Part shown: positions 24,301-36,300 of the stretch, piece after piece
Numbering within the stretch: position 1 is the stretch's first letter
Layout of the letters: the number at the start of each line of letters is the position of its first letter
Assembly (NCBI RefSeq): GCF_028641065.1
Contig: NC_073394.1
Span: forward strand, 41,230,001-41,294,000
Source of the DNA: Leucoraja erinacea
Lineage: Eukaryota
Direction: 5' to 3'
Length of the DNA stretch: 64,000 nt
The notes under the pieces: model-generated
Database searches by the model: none
What the model saw: the letters and a program-made list of their open reading frames with translations, nothing else
Told to the model about the DNA's origin: nothing
Translations under genes and position numbers: made by a program

Positions 24301-27300
24301 CTAGTAATTTGGATGCTAGGAAATACTTAAATCTTTCTGACTTGCATATTCTAAAGGTGATTTTAAAAGGTTTCGGCAGATTGAGGTTTTATCGTCATAA
24401 TTTCGCTTGTGAGGTTATTCTATATCCTAAAAAGGAACCAAATTCCTCTATTAAATTTAATATTATTGGTATGCTGCCGATTGCGATTTTGTAATGTATA
24501 ATAATACGTCATCATGGTACATATCATGAAGGTTTTATGTTTGAGTGTTTGGTATTATAAGAAAGCGATATTCGTATGTATTCTTATATTTTCTGCTAGG
24601 GGCTCTATCACAAGAGCAAATAGCAGGGGCTATAATGCGCATCCCTGCCTATTGCCCTGGATAGTAGAAATTTGGAGGATTGTGAAGTAACAGTTTTTGT
24701 TTTAAAAAATACGAAATAAACGAAAAATTATTGCACAGAGAATTAAAACACAATGATCCAGCTTCATTAGGGATGGGATAGTCAAATGAACCAGTTCTAT
24801 TCACTTTTGTGTTTTTCTAGGCAGTTATATCACTAGAGGACAGAAACACCTACTAAATATTTTTCTCTTAACATACCTAAAGAAAGCTTTTACTCTCCTT
24901 TATATTCTTGGCCAGCTTCCCTTCGCACTTCATCTTTTAACCCCGTATTGTCCTTTTTGTTACCTTTCTGTTTGTCCTTTGAAGGTTTCCCAAGCTCTGG
25001 TTTCCCGCTACTCTTTGCTATGTTATACACCTTTTCCTTTAGTTTTATTCCACAGAGAGTGGTGAATCTGCCTGGAACTCTACTCCCCTTAGAATAGTTG
25101 AGGCCAGTTTTGGCTAATTTAAATGGGATCCTAGATCTTTCCCCTTTGGCTGAAATGATCCTGGATCAGGGGATTATGCCCAGAAAAGGCAGGTATTGGA
25201 TACTGAGTTGGATGATAGGATCCTTCTCCAGTCTACCTTAGCCAGCTCCTCTCTCATGCCTTCATAGTCCCCTTTGTTCAACTGCGACATTGACACTTCT
25301 GATTCAATCTTCTCCCTCTCAAATTGCAAATTAAAACATCATATTGTGGTCACTATCTCCTAGCAATTCCTTAACCTTGAGTTCCCTTATCTGTTTCATT
25401 AGATAACACTAAATCTAGAATTTCCTTCTCTCTGGTTGATTCCAGTGCAAGCTGCTCTAAGAATCCATATCGGAGGCACTCCACAAACTCCCTTTTTTGG
25501 GTCCAGAACCAACCTGATTTTCCCAGTCTACCTGCATATTGAAATCTCCCATAACCACAGTGGCATTACCTTTGTCACATGCCAATTTCATCTCCTGCTG
25601 CAACTTGCACCCTATATCCAGGCTACTGTTTGGGGGCCTGTAGATAACTCCCTTTAATGTCTTCTTACCTTTACAATTCCTCAATTCTATCCACAGCAAC
25701 TCTACATCGTCAGTCCCTATGTCACCCCTCGCAAGGGACTGAATTTCATCCCTCACCAGCAGAGCTACCACACCTCTTCTGCCCACCTGCCTGTCCTTTC
25801 TATAGGACGTATAACCGTGAATATTCGGTTCCCAGGCCCGATCCTCCTGCAGCCATGTCTCTGTAATCCCCACAATGTCATATCTACCAATCTCTAACTG
25901 AGCCTCAAGCTCATCCACTTTACTTCTTATACTTCATATATAATACTATTAATCAATTACTCTCCTCACCTTTCACATCGATTCCTATTTCAGTTGGCCA
26001 TACTCTCCTATCCCTTTGCGAGCTTGCTTTCTGCCCCCCCCACCCCCCCAATCCCCCACTATTTAGTTTAAAGCCACCCGTGTAGCAGTGACAAGCTTGT
26101 CTGCCAGAATTCTGGTTCCCCACCTGTTAAGGTGCAACCCGTCCCTTGTGTACAATTCACCCTTACCCCAAAGCAGATTCCAGTGGTCTAAGAATCTAAA
26201 TCCCTGTTCATCCTTGTTTCAAACTTCTAAACCATTTCCTTGGAATTATATTCCTGAATGTTATCATTAATCTTACCTAACACGTGCATTGTTGAAAAGC
26301 GACTGTCACTTTCAGGGACGATAAACACAGTGCATGTGTACATTCCTTCGTCAGAGATCTGGACTTTTGGAAGATGAATTGAAGCGTTTCCCTTCAGTAA
26401 TTCAGCCTCAGAAATATTGGCACCAGATCGATTTTGCTGTTTAGTTCCTCCTTCAAAGGAAAACACTTCTGTTTTCTCATTAAGGGTCCATATGACTGCC
26501 ATCTTATTTAAGTCAACGTTTCCAGACCCAGTAACCACGCATTTCAGAGTCACATTGTCATTTACAAATACCATCAGTGGACTTGCAAATATCTCCAGCT
26601 CAAGGGTATCTAAAAAAAGCATAAAAAACATAAATTGTGAAAGACGTATATAATGATGACCTGATAAAAGTATATAAAATTATGAGAAGCATTGTAAACA
26701 TCCACACAGGAACCCACATCATGGACCGGGAACATGGGAACACACGACATGGTCCGGGAACACGGGAACAAACACCACGGACCGGGAACACGGACTGGGA
26801 ACACATTAACCCACGTCACGGACCATGAACATGGGAACACACGCCATAGACCGGGAACACGTGAACCCACGCCACGGACCAGGAACATGGGAACACGTGA
26901 GCACGGACTGGGAACATGGGAACTCATGCCATGGACCGGGAACACGTAAACCCACGCCACGGACCATGAAACTTGGGAACACGGGAGCACGGACTGGGAA
27001 CATGGGAACACGGGAACATGGACTGGGAACATGGGAACCCACCATGGGCCGGGAACACGGGAACCCACACCACGGACTGGGAACATGGACCGGGAACACG
27101 GGAACATGGGACTCCATACCACGGATGACCTACCCTGATAGGAGGGCCTGTGAGCATGTGGGCTGCGGGAGGGAGTGAATGGCCTCGGTGGGGGAGTGGG
27201 CCGCTGGAGGCCCTGCAACAGCCTAGGGCTCGGTTGGACCGGGTGCCACTCCAAGAGGCGGAGCGCGTGGACCGGATGCGGCCTATAGCGGTGGAGCAGT

Positions 27301-30300
27301 GACGGAGGACACCATGGCTACGCTTGGCCAGGCCAACCCTGCAACACCGTCAGCACAACGGGCCTTCATAGTCGGGTCAAGAACCCTGCACTCACAACAA
27401 CTGGGACTTGGAAATGGTGCCAAACTGGTGACTCTAAACTGTCTCTGTGGACCACCGCTATACTGTTCATATCACCTCGTTATCACCTCCTCCACAGCCA
27501 AATATGGACCATTGTGCTGGCTCTGATCTGTTCTGTACCTCTTCATATCTCTAGTTTCCCTCTCCCTTGACTCTCAATCTGAAGAAGGGTCTCAACCCTA
27601 AACGTCACCTGTCCATGTTCTCCAGAGATGCTGCCTGACCCACTGCCCGAGAAGGTCGACGCTATCTGTCGCTTCCCGAGGCCTCTATCTGTCAAGGGCC
27701 TGCAGAAGTTTATCGGGATGGTTAATTTCTACTACCGACTCATCCCGTCAGCAGCCACCATCATGCAGCCGTTGTTCCAATGTCTGGCCGGTAAGCCTAA
27801 GGGCCTGGTCTGGTCCAAGGAGGCGGAGAAGGCGTTCGAGGGGGCTGACACTGCATTGGTCAATGCCACTATGTTAGAACACCCTAGGGCATCAGCCCAA
27901 ACGGCCCTCACCATGGACGTCTCCGACGTCGTGGTAGGTGCCGTCCTCGAACAACGAGTAGGTAGCCGCTGGGTGCCACTGGCATTTTTCAGCAGGCAGC
28001 TGCGAGCCCCCGAAGTTAAGTATAGTGCTTTCGATTGGGAACTCCTCACGCTCTACCTAGCGACCCGCCATTTCCGATAACTTCCTAGAGGGGCGCGCGT
28101 TCTCCGCATTCAAGGACCACAAGCCACTCACGTTCGCTTTGACCAAGGTGTCCGATCCCTGGTCTGCCAGGCAGCAGAGGCACCTGGCCTACATTTCCGA
28201 ATTCACATCTGATATTCGGCATGTGGCGGGGAAGCTGAACGTTGTGGCTGACGCGCTGTCCCGTCCGGCAGCACCCGAAGTTTCAACGTTAAGTCTAGGT
28301 GTGGATTATGAGGAGCTGGCCGCTGCCCAACAGGTAGATGTTGGTATGGAGGTTTACCGCAATGCTGAGTCAGGCCTTAAGTTGTTCAAGGTGCCCTGCG
28401 GCGTCACCGGCGTGCGAGTCCTTTGCGATGTCTCCACGGGCAAAGCCCGTCCCATTGTCCCGGTTGCTTGGAGGCGTCGGATTTTCGACACTATCCACAG
28501 CCTAGCACACCGGTCCATTCGCGTCACCTCTGCCTTGGTCACGGCCAAGTTCGTCTGGCATGGGTTATGGAAGCATGTCGCAGCATGGGCCCGTTCTTGC
28601 ATCCCATGCTAGACTTCCAAGGTACAGATTCATGTGTGCCCGCCCGTGCAGGATTTCGCTGTTCCAGACGGCAGGTTCCTGCACATCCATGTCGACCTGG
28701 TGGGTCCCTGACTATCGTGGACAGGTTTAGCAGGTGGGCGGAGGCAATACCGTTAAAGGATACCTCCGCTGAAGCTTGCGCGCGGGCCATCATCTCGCAT
28801 TGGATCGCTCGTTTCGGGGGTCCCTTTCCAATATCACTACTGATCGTGGGGCCCAGTTCACGTCCTCCATGTGGTGTGGTATGGCGCAGCTGTACGGCGC
28901 GAAGCTGCACCAGACCACCGCGTATCACCCGGAGTCCAACGGTTTGGTTGAGCGTTTCACAGGCACCTCAAGTCGGCATTGAAAGTCTGGCTCACCGGCC
29001 CCGATTGGGTCGACCAGTTGTCTTGGGGTCTCCTGGGCATCAGAACTATGCCTAAGGAAGAACCCAACGCCTCCTCGACCGAGCTTGTTTACAGCTCAGT
29101 TTTGCGGGTACCTGGGGATTTTCTGCCCGTCCCCCGGGATCAGGAGGTCCCGGCTTCAGTGGTACTAGCTGACCTTCGCGAGCGCGGGTCGTCCGCGGTG
29201 CATGTGCCTACTATGTTACGGGATTGTGCTTATGTTTTCCTTCGTAGGGATGTTCACCGCTCGCCGTTACAGCGGGTGTACGAAGGTCCATACAGGGTGC
29301 TGAGGACTGGTACCTCGACGTTCACGTTGGACATGGGTGGCAGGGAGAAGTTTGTCTCCGTGAGCCGCCTTAAGCCAGCCTACGTCGATGAGGATAGCCC
29401 GGTGGCTGTGGCCACTCCGCGGCGTAGAGGGCATCCGCCGGCCGTTTTGCCGTCGTCTGCACCTGTTATCCCCAGTTATGTTTCACCGGTCCCCTCTGTT
29501 ATGCCCGTTCCTCGTTCGCGTTTGTCGCGTCCCTCCGGTTCTGTTTTGCTAGACCTGAATGTTACGCTCGCCCCGCGACCTTGGACTACGCGTTCCGGTC
29601 TGACCGTCCGGTTACCCGTGCGTTTCCGTACGTAGTGGGGATGGGGGGCATGTAGCGGCGCCTACTGGCGCACGCAGGTATCGAACCCGGCGTTCATAAG
29701 CCGCGGTCACGTGACTCGGGAGGGGCTGCTTGTTTTCGCGCCGTTTTGCTTTCGCGCGTTAGTTCAGTGCTGACCACCGTTGTGGCCAGACGTGTCGTGA
29801 GAGCCTGTAAACTGAGAAGTGATTTTCTGAATAAAAAATTGTTTGTAAACTCAGTTGTCGTTCTTGAGACCGCCAAAGTACCATTATTATCATTACCATT
29901 GTTACTGCAGGATCTGAATGTAAAGTCCTGACATTTATTACAGATCATGTTACACTTGATTTGTAACTTTGCCAATCAGTAAAGAGTGGACTTTGATAAG
30001 AAATGTACAAATAGACTGTACAACCTTTAATTCATTTTGTACTTTGTCGTGCAAATACTTATTGCTTGTAGGTTAATTGGCCCCTGGTGTGCAGGAAGTG
30101 AATGACAAAGTTGGATGACATAGAGCTACTGTGAACGGGTGATCGATGGGCTGCGTGGAATCGATGGGCCAAAGGGCTGCAGCTTTCAATCAATCAATAT
30201 GCAGAAGGCCATTCAGCCCATGAGCTAGCACAGAGGCAGCTAGCACAGAGGAAAGTTGTCAGTATGGGGGGATGCTGCCATAATATTCCCCCCTCACTTA

Positions 30301-33300
30301 TAACGGACTGGGAACACGGGAACCCATACCACGGACCGGGAACATGGGAACCCATGCCACAGCCCGGGAACAGGGGAACATGGACAGATCACGGGAACAT
30401 GGACTGGGATCACGGGAACACAGACTGGGATCACGGGAACATGGACTGGGAACACGGGAACATGGACTGGGATCACGGGAACATGGACTGGGAACACAGG
30501 AACATGGACTGGGATCACGGGAACATGGACTCACGGGGATCACGGGAACATGGACTGGGATCACGGGAACATGGACTGGGATCACGGGAACATGGACTGG
30601 GATCACGGGAACATGGACTGGGATCACGGGAACATGGACTGGGATCACGGGAACATGGACTGGGATCACGGGAACATGGACTGGGATCACGGGAACATGA
30701 ACTGGGATCACGGGAACATGGACTGGGATCACGGGAACAAGGACTGGGAACACGGGAACATGGACTGGGAACACGGGAACATGGACTGGGATCACGGGAA
30801 CATGGACTGGGATCACGGGAACATGGACTGGGATCACGGGAACATGGACTGGGACACGGGAACACGGACACGGGAACATGGACTGGGATCACGGGAACAT
30901 GGACTGGGATCACGGGAACATGGACTGGGATCACGGGAACATGGACTGGGATCACGGGAACATGGACTGGGATCACGGGAACATGGACTGGGATCACGGG
31001 AACATGGACTGGGATCACGGGAACATGGACTGGGATCACGGGAACATGGACTGGGATCACGGGAACAAGGACTGGGAACACGGGAACATGGACTGGGATC
31101 ACGGGAACATGGACTGGGATCACGGGAACAAGGACTGGAAGCACGGGATCATGGACTGGGATCATGGGAACCCACCACAGATCTGGAACACGGGAACCCA
31201 CACCACGGACCAGAAATACGTGAACCCGCCCGAAAAGCCCACCCTGATAGGAGGGCCTGTGAGCATGTGGGCTGCGGGAGGGAGTACATGGCCTCGAGGG
31301 GGGAGTGGGCCGCTGGAGGCCCTGCAACAGCCTGGGGCTCGGTTGGACCGGGTGCCGCTCCAAGAGACGGAGCGTGTGGACCTGATGCGGACTACAGCGG
31401 TGGAGCAGTGGCGGAGAACACCATGACTACGCTTGGCCAGGCCAACCCTGCAGCACGATCAGCACAACGGGCCTTCATTGTCGTGTCAAGAACCCTGCAC
31501 TCATAACAACTGGGACTTGGAAATGGTGTCAAACTGGTGACTCTAAACTGTCTCTGGACCACTGCTATACTGTTCATATCTCCTCGTTATCACCTCCTCC
31601 ACAGCCAAAAATGTACCATTGTGCTGGCTCTGATCTGTTCTGTACCTCGTCATATCTCTAGTTTCCCTCTCCCTTGACTCTCAATCTGAAGAAGGATCTC
31701 AACCCTAAACGTCACCTGTCCATGTTCTGCAGAGATGCTGCCTGACCCGCTGAGTTACTCCAGCACTTTGTGTCCACCTTCGGTATAAACCAGCATCTGC
31801 AGTTCCTTCCTACACTAGTATGAACTTGTACTGTGCCTGAGATATATATCTAAGAGCTTATGTATAGTGATACTTGAACTGAACTGTATACAAAAATGAA
31901 TATCACTGCGCCTCAGTACATGTTACAAATAACGTGCCATTATTATCATTACTAATGTTACTGCAGGATCTGAATGTAAAGTCCTGACATTTATCACAGA
32001 TTAAGTTACACTTAATTTGTAACTTTGCCAATCAGTAAAGGGTGGACTTTGATAAGAAATGTACAAATATACTGTACAACCTTTCCATTTTGTACTTTGC
32101 CATGCAAATAATTATTGGTACCATATAACCATATAACCATAACAATTACAGCACGGAAACAGGCCATCTCGACCCTTCTAGTCCGTGACGAACACGTATT
32201 CTCCCCTAGTCCCATATACCTGCGCTCAGACCATAACCCTCCATTCCTTTCCCGTCCATATAACTATCCAATTTATTTTTAAATGATAAAAACGAACCTG
32301 CCTCTACCACCTTCACTGGAAGCTCATTCCACACAGCCACCACTCTCTGAATAAAGAAGTTCCCACTCATGTTACCCCTAAACTTCTGTCCCTTAATTCT
32401 CAAGTCATGTCCCCTTGTTTGAATCTTCCCTACTCTCAGTGGGAAAAGCTTATCCACGTCAACTCTGTCTATCCCTCTCATCATTTTAAAGACCTCTATC
32501 AAGTCCCCCCTTAACCTTCAGCGCTCCAAAGAATAAAGCCCTAACTTGTTCAACCTTTCTCTGTAACTTAGTTGCTGACACCCAGGCAACATTCTAGTAA
32601 ATCTCCTCTGTACTCTCTCTATTTTGTTGACATCCTTCCTTTAATTAGGCGACCAAAATTGTACACCATACTCCAGAATTGGCCTCACCAATGCCTTGTA
32701 CAATTTTAACATTACATCCCAACTTCTATATTCAATGCTCTGATTTATAAAGGCCAGCACACCAAAAGCTTTTTTAACCACCCTATCTACATGAGATTCC
32801 ACTTTCAGGGAACTGTGCACAGTTATTCCCAGATCCCTCTGTTCACCTGCTTTCCTCAATTCCCTACCATTTACCATGTACGTCCTATTTTGATTTGTCC
32901 TGCCAAGATGTAGCACCTCACACTTATCAGCATTGAATTCCATCTGCCATCTTTCAGCCCACTCTTCCAACTGGCATAAATCTCTCTGTAGACTTTGAAA
33001 ATCTACTTCATTATCCACAACCCCACCTATCTTAGTATCATCTGCATACTTACTAATCCAATTTACCACATCATCATCCAGATCATTGATGTACATGACA
33101 AACAACAGTGGACCCAACACAGATCCCTGTGGCACCCCACTAGTCACTGGCCTCCAACCTGACAAACAACCATCCACCATTACTCTCTGACATCTCCCAT
33201 TCAGCCACTGTTGAATCCATCTTGCTACTCCATCATTAATACCCAACAATTGAAACTTCTTAACCAACCTTCCATGAGGAACCTTGTCAAAGGCCTTACT

Positions 33301-36300
33301 GAAGTCCATATATACAACATCCACTGCTTTACCCTCATCAATTTCCCGAGTAACCTCTTCAAAAAATTCAAGAAGATTAGTCAAACATGCTACATACCAA
33401 GGACATACGGGCTTGTAGGTAAATTGGCCCCTGGTGTGCAGGGAGTGGATGCCAAAGTGGGATAACATAGAACTACTGTGAACGGGTGATCGATGGTCAT
33501 CGTGGACTCAGTGGGCCAAAGGGCTGCAGCTTTCAATCAATCAATATGTAGAAGGCCATTCAACCCATGAGTCTATGGCAGCTAGCACAGAGGAAAGCTA
33601 TCAGTATGGAAGGATGCTGCCTCAGTATTCCCCCCTCCCTTATAATCTATTAATCAATCCATACATCATCTCCCTCCCTGTATTCCTGCCACCCACCTAC
33701 ACTGAGGGGTAATTTGTAGTTGCCAATTAACCAGGCCACACAGTCACAAGGAGAACATGTAAACTCCACACAGTCAGCACTTAAACATAGAGCATAAAAC
33801 AGTACAGCATGGGAACAGACCCTTCAGCCAAAGTGTCCGTGACGAATATTATGCCAAATTAAACTAATCTCCTCTGCCAGCACGTGATCCCTCCATTCCC
33901 TGCATATCCATGTGCCCTCCAAAAGCCTCTTAAACTGTCATATCTTGAAGTCAGGATCCAAGCCAGGATCTCCAGTGCACCATTATTTCACCACTATGGA
34001 GGGCAGTGGGGGCCAAGTCATTGGATGGATTTAAGAGAGAGTTAGATAGAGCTCTAAGGGCTAGTGGAGTCAAGGGATATGGGGAGAAGGCACGCACGGG
34101 TTATTGATAGGGGACGATCAGCCATGATCACAATGAATTGCGGTGCTGGCTCGAAGGGCCGAATGGCCTCCTCCTGCATCTAGTTTCTATGTTTCTATGC
34201 AACCCTTAACCAAATATCGAACCTAGACTGCAGGGCCTGAACTACAGGGAGAGGTTGGGCAGGCTAGAACAGGACGATGAGTGGTGATCTTACAAAGGTG
34301 TATTAGATCCTGAGGGGAATAGATAGGATGAATGCACAGTGTCTTTTACCCAGAGTAGGGGAATCACTTTATCTCCCACTCCCATTCGCACACTGACCTT
34401 TCTGTCCTGGGCCGCCTCCATTGTCAGAGTGAGGCCCAGCGCATATTGGAGAAACAGTACCTCATATTTCGCTTGGGCAGCTTACACCCCAGCGGTATGA
34501 ACATTGACTTCTCTAACTTCAAGTAGCCCTTGCTTTCCCTCTCTCTCCATCCAACTCCCTTCCCAGTTCTCGGACCAGTCTTACATCTCCGACTACATTT
34601 TATTCTCTGTTTGCTTTGTTGTTACCTTCTACCAGCGAACAATGATCTATTCTACATTGTCCTTGATCTACATTCCCTTTGTCCTATTTTCACACCTTAC
34701 ACTTCCTTATCAATGTATCTCCCTCTCCCCTGACATCAGTCTGAAGAAGGGTCTTGCCCTGAAACGTCACCCATTCCATCTCTCCAGAGATGCTGCCTGT
34801 CTCGTTGCGTTACTCCTGCATTTTGTGTCTATCTTCAATAACCAGGGAACAGAGGTTTAAGTGAGAGGGGTAAGATTTAATAGAAATTTGAGCAGCAACT
34901 TTTTCACACAGAATGGTGGGTGTATGGAACAAACTGCCAGAGGAGGTAGTCGAAGCGGGTACTACAAAACAAAATTTAAAAGACATTTGTACAGTTACAT
35001 GGATGGGAAAAGGTTTAGAGGAATATGGGCCAAACGCGGGCAGGTGGGACTAGTGTGGATGGGACATCTAGGTCGGTGTGCATGAGTCAGGCCGACGGGC
35101 CTGTTTTTGTGCTGTATGGAAGTATAACTATGATAGACAATGCAGGAACAGGCCCTTTGGCCCACAATGTCTGTGCCAATCTTGATAGAGTCATAGAGTG
35201 ATACAGTGTGGAAACAGGCCCTTCAGCCCAACTTGCCCACATCGGCAAACATGTCCCAGCAACACTAGTCCCACCTGCCTGCGTTTAGCCCATTTCCCTC
35301 TAAACCTGTCCTATCCATGTACATGTCTAAATGTTTCTTAAATGTCGCAATAGTACCTGCTTCAACTACCTCCCGCGGCAGCTTGTTCCATACACCCACC
35401 ACCCTTTGTATGAAAAAGTTACCGCTCAGGTTCCTATTAAATCTTTCCCTCCTCACCTTAAAACTAAATCCTCTGGTTCTCGGTTCCTCTCCTCCGGGCA
35501 AGTGACTCTGTGCATTTACCTGATCCATTCCTCTCGTGATTTTGTACACCTCTATAAGATCACCCCTTCCCGCTATGTTAAATTGATTCCATTCCTTCTC
35601 TCCAGAGATGCTGTCTGACCCACTGAGTTACTCCAGCATTTTGCGTGTCTTCGGTGTTAACCAGCATCTGCAGTTCCTTCCCGCCACCTTAAATTAATGC
35701 CGATTTAAACTGGATATGTTCTATATCCATCCATTTCCTGCTTGTTCCCCTCCAATGCCTCTTAAAGAAAACGGCATTGGTTTTAGTATTGGTTTAACGC
35801 GTACCGAGATACAGCACAAAGCTCTGCTTTGCATGATATCCAGGAAGATCATACCACATAGGTGTGTACAATCATATGGTGGCGCAACGGTAGAGTTGCT
35901 GCCTTACAGCGCTTGCAGCACCGGAGACCCGGTTTCCATCGCGACTACTGTGACTGCGTGGGTTTCTGTGTGACTACATTCTCCCTGTGACTGCGTGGGT
36001 TTTCAGCGAGATTTTCGCTTCCCTCCCACACTCCAAGATGTGTAGGTTTATAGGTTCATTAGCTTGGTGTATTTGTAAAGAATTGTCCACAGTGTGTGTA
36101 GGATAGTGTTAATGTACGGGATCACTGGACGGTGCGGACTCTGTGGGCCGAAGGACATGTTTCCGCCCTGTATCTCTAAACTATACAAAACATACCAAAC
36201 ATGAGTGTAACAGGTAGTGCAAAAAGAGAAATAAAACTGAGTGCAGAGTATAGTGTAACAGAGAGGGAGAAGGTAAGAAAAACTGATCAGTAATACTTCA

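Larger units (their letters stand above)
17745..24690 (-). mobile_element. L1-clade LINE fragments: 3' UTR ~17745-18050; ORF2 22003-23100 and 24230-24690; interrupted by younger insertions and the C/G tract
   Basis: L1-like ORF2 motifs on minus: [36 protein letters not shown]-terminal CDKC..H..C; poly-T/TTTATT 3' end at ~17750. Confidence 0.72.
26705..33645 (+). repeat. Local tandem duplication: copy 1 ~26705-30303, copy 2 ~30304-33645
   Basis: 27130-27645 matches 31240-31752; 29880-30055 matches 31937-32115; 30065-30303 matches 33413-33645. Confidence 0.85.

Noticed and set aside
14399-26609. Tapasin, MHC class I/II, SIRP or antigen-receptor identity for the V+C1 exons
   Set aside because: No MHC peptide-binding exons, no tapasin N-terminal exons or terminal ER-retention end, no RSS or J segments; V-domain motifs fit B7-H6 best, though a phylogeny is needed.
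26610-27254. Cys/Pro/Val-rich ORFs upstream of the IgV exon
   Set aside because: Translations of the degenerate minisatellite; the IgV exon has its own acceptor at 26609.
27579-27606. Active hammerhead ribozymes at 27579, 31686 and ~58648
   Set aside because: Core mutated (GAAA->TAAA, or CUGA->CUAA); recorded only as dead copies.
30264-31506. Repeat-protein ORFs (DWDHGNM)n, (GLGSREH)n, (VPVIPVH)n, or a CRISPR-like array
   Set aside because: Stop-free 21-bp minisatellite with frameshifting units; no unique spacers, no cas genes, eukaryotic context.
35876-35945. tRNA gene
   Set aside because: A/B-box-like head continues into a SINE body found in many copies; no complete cloverleaf.
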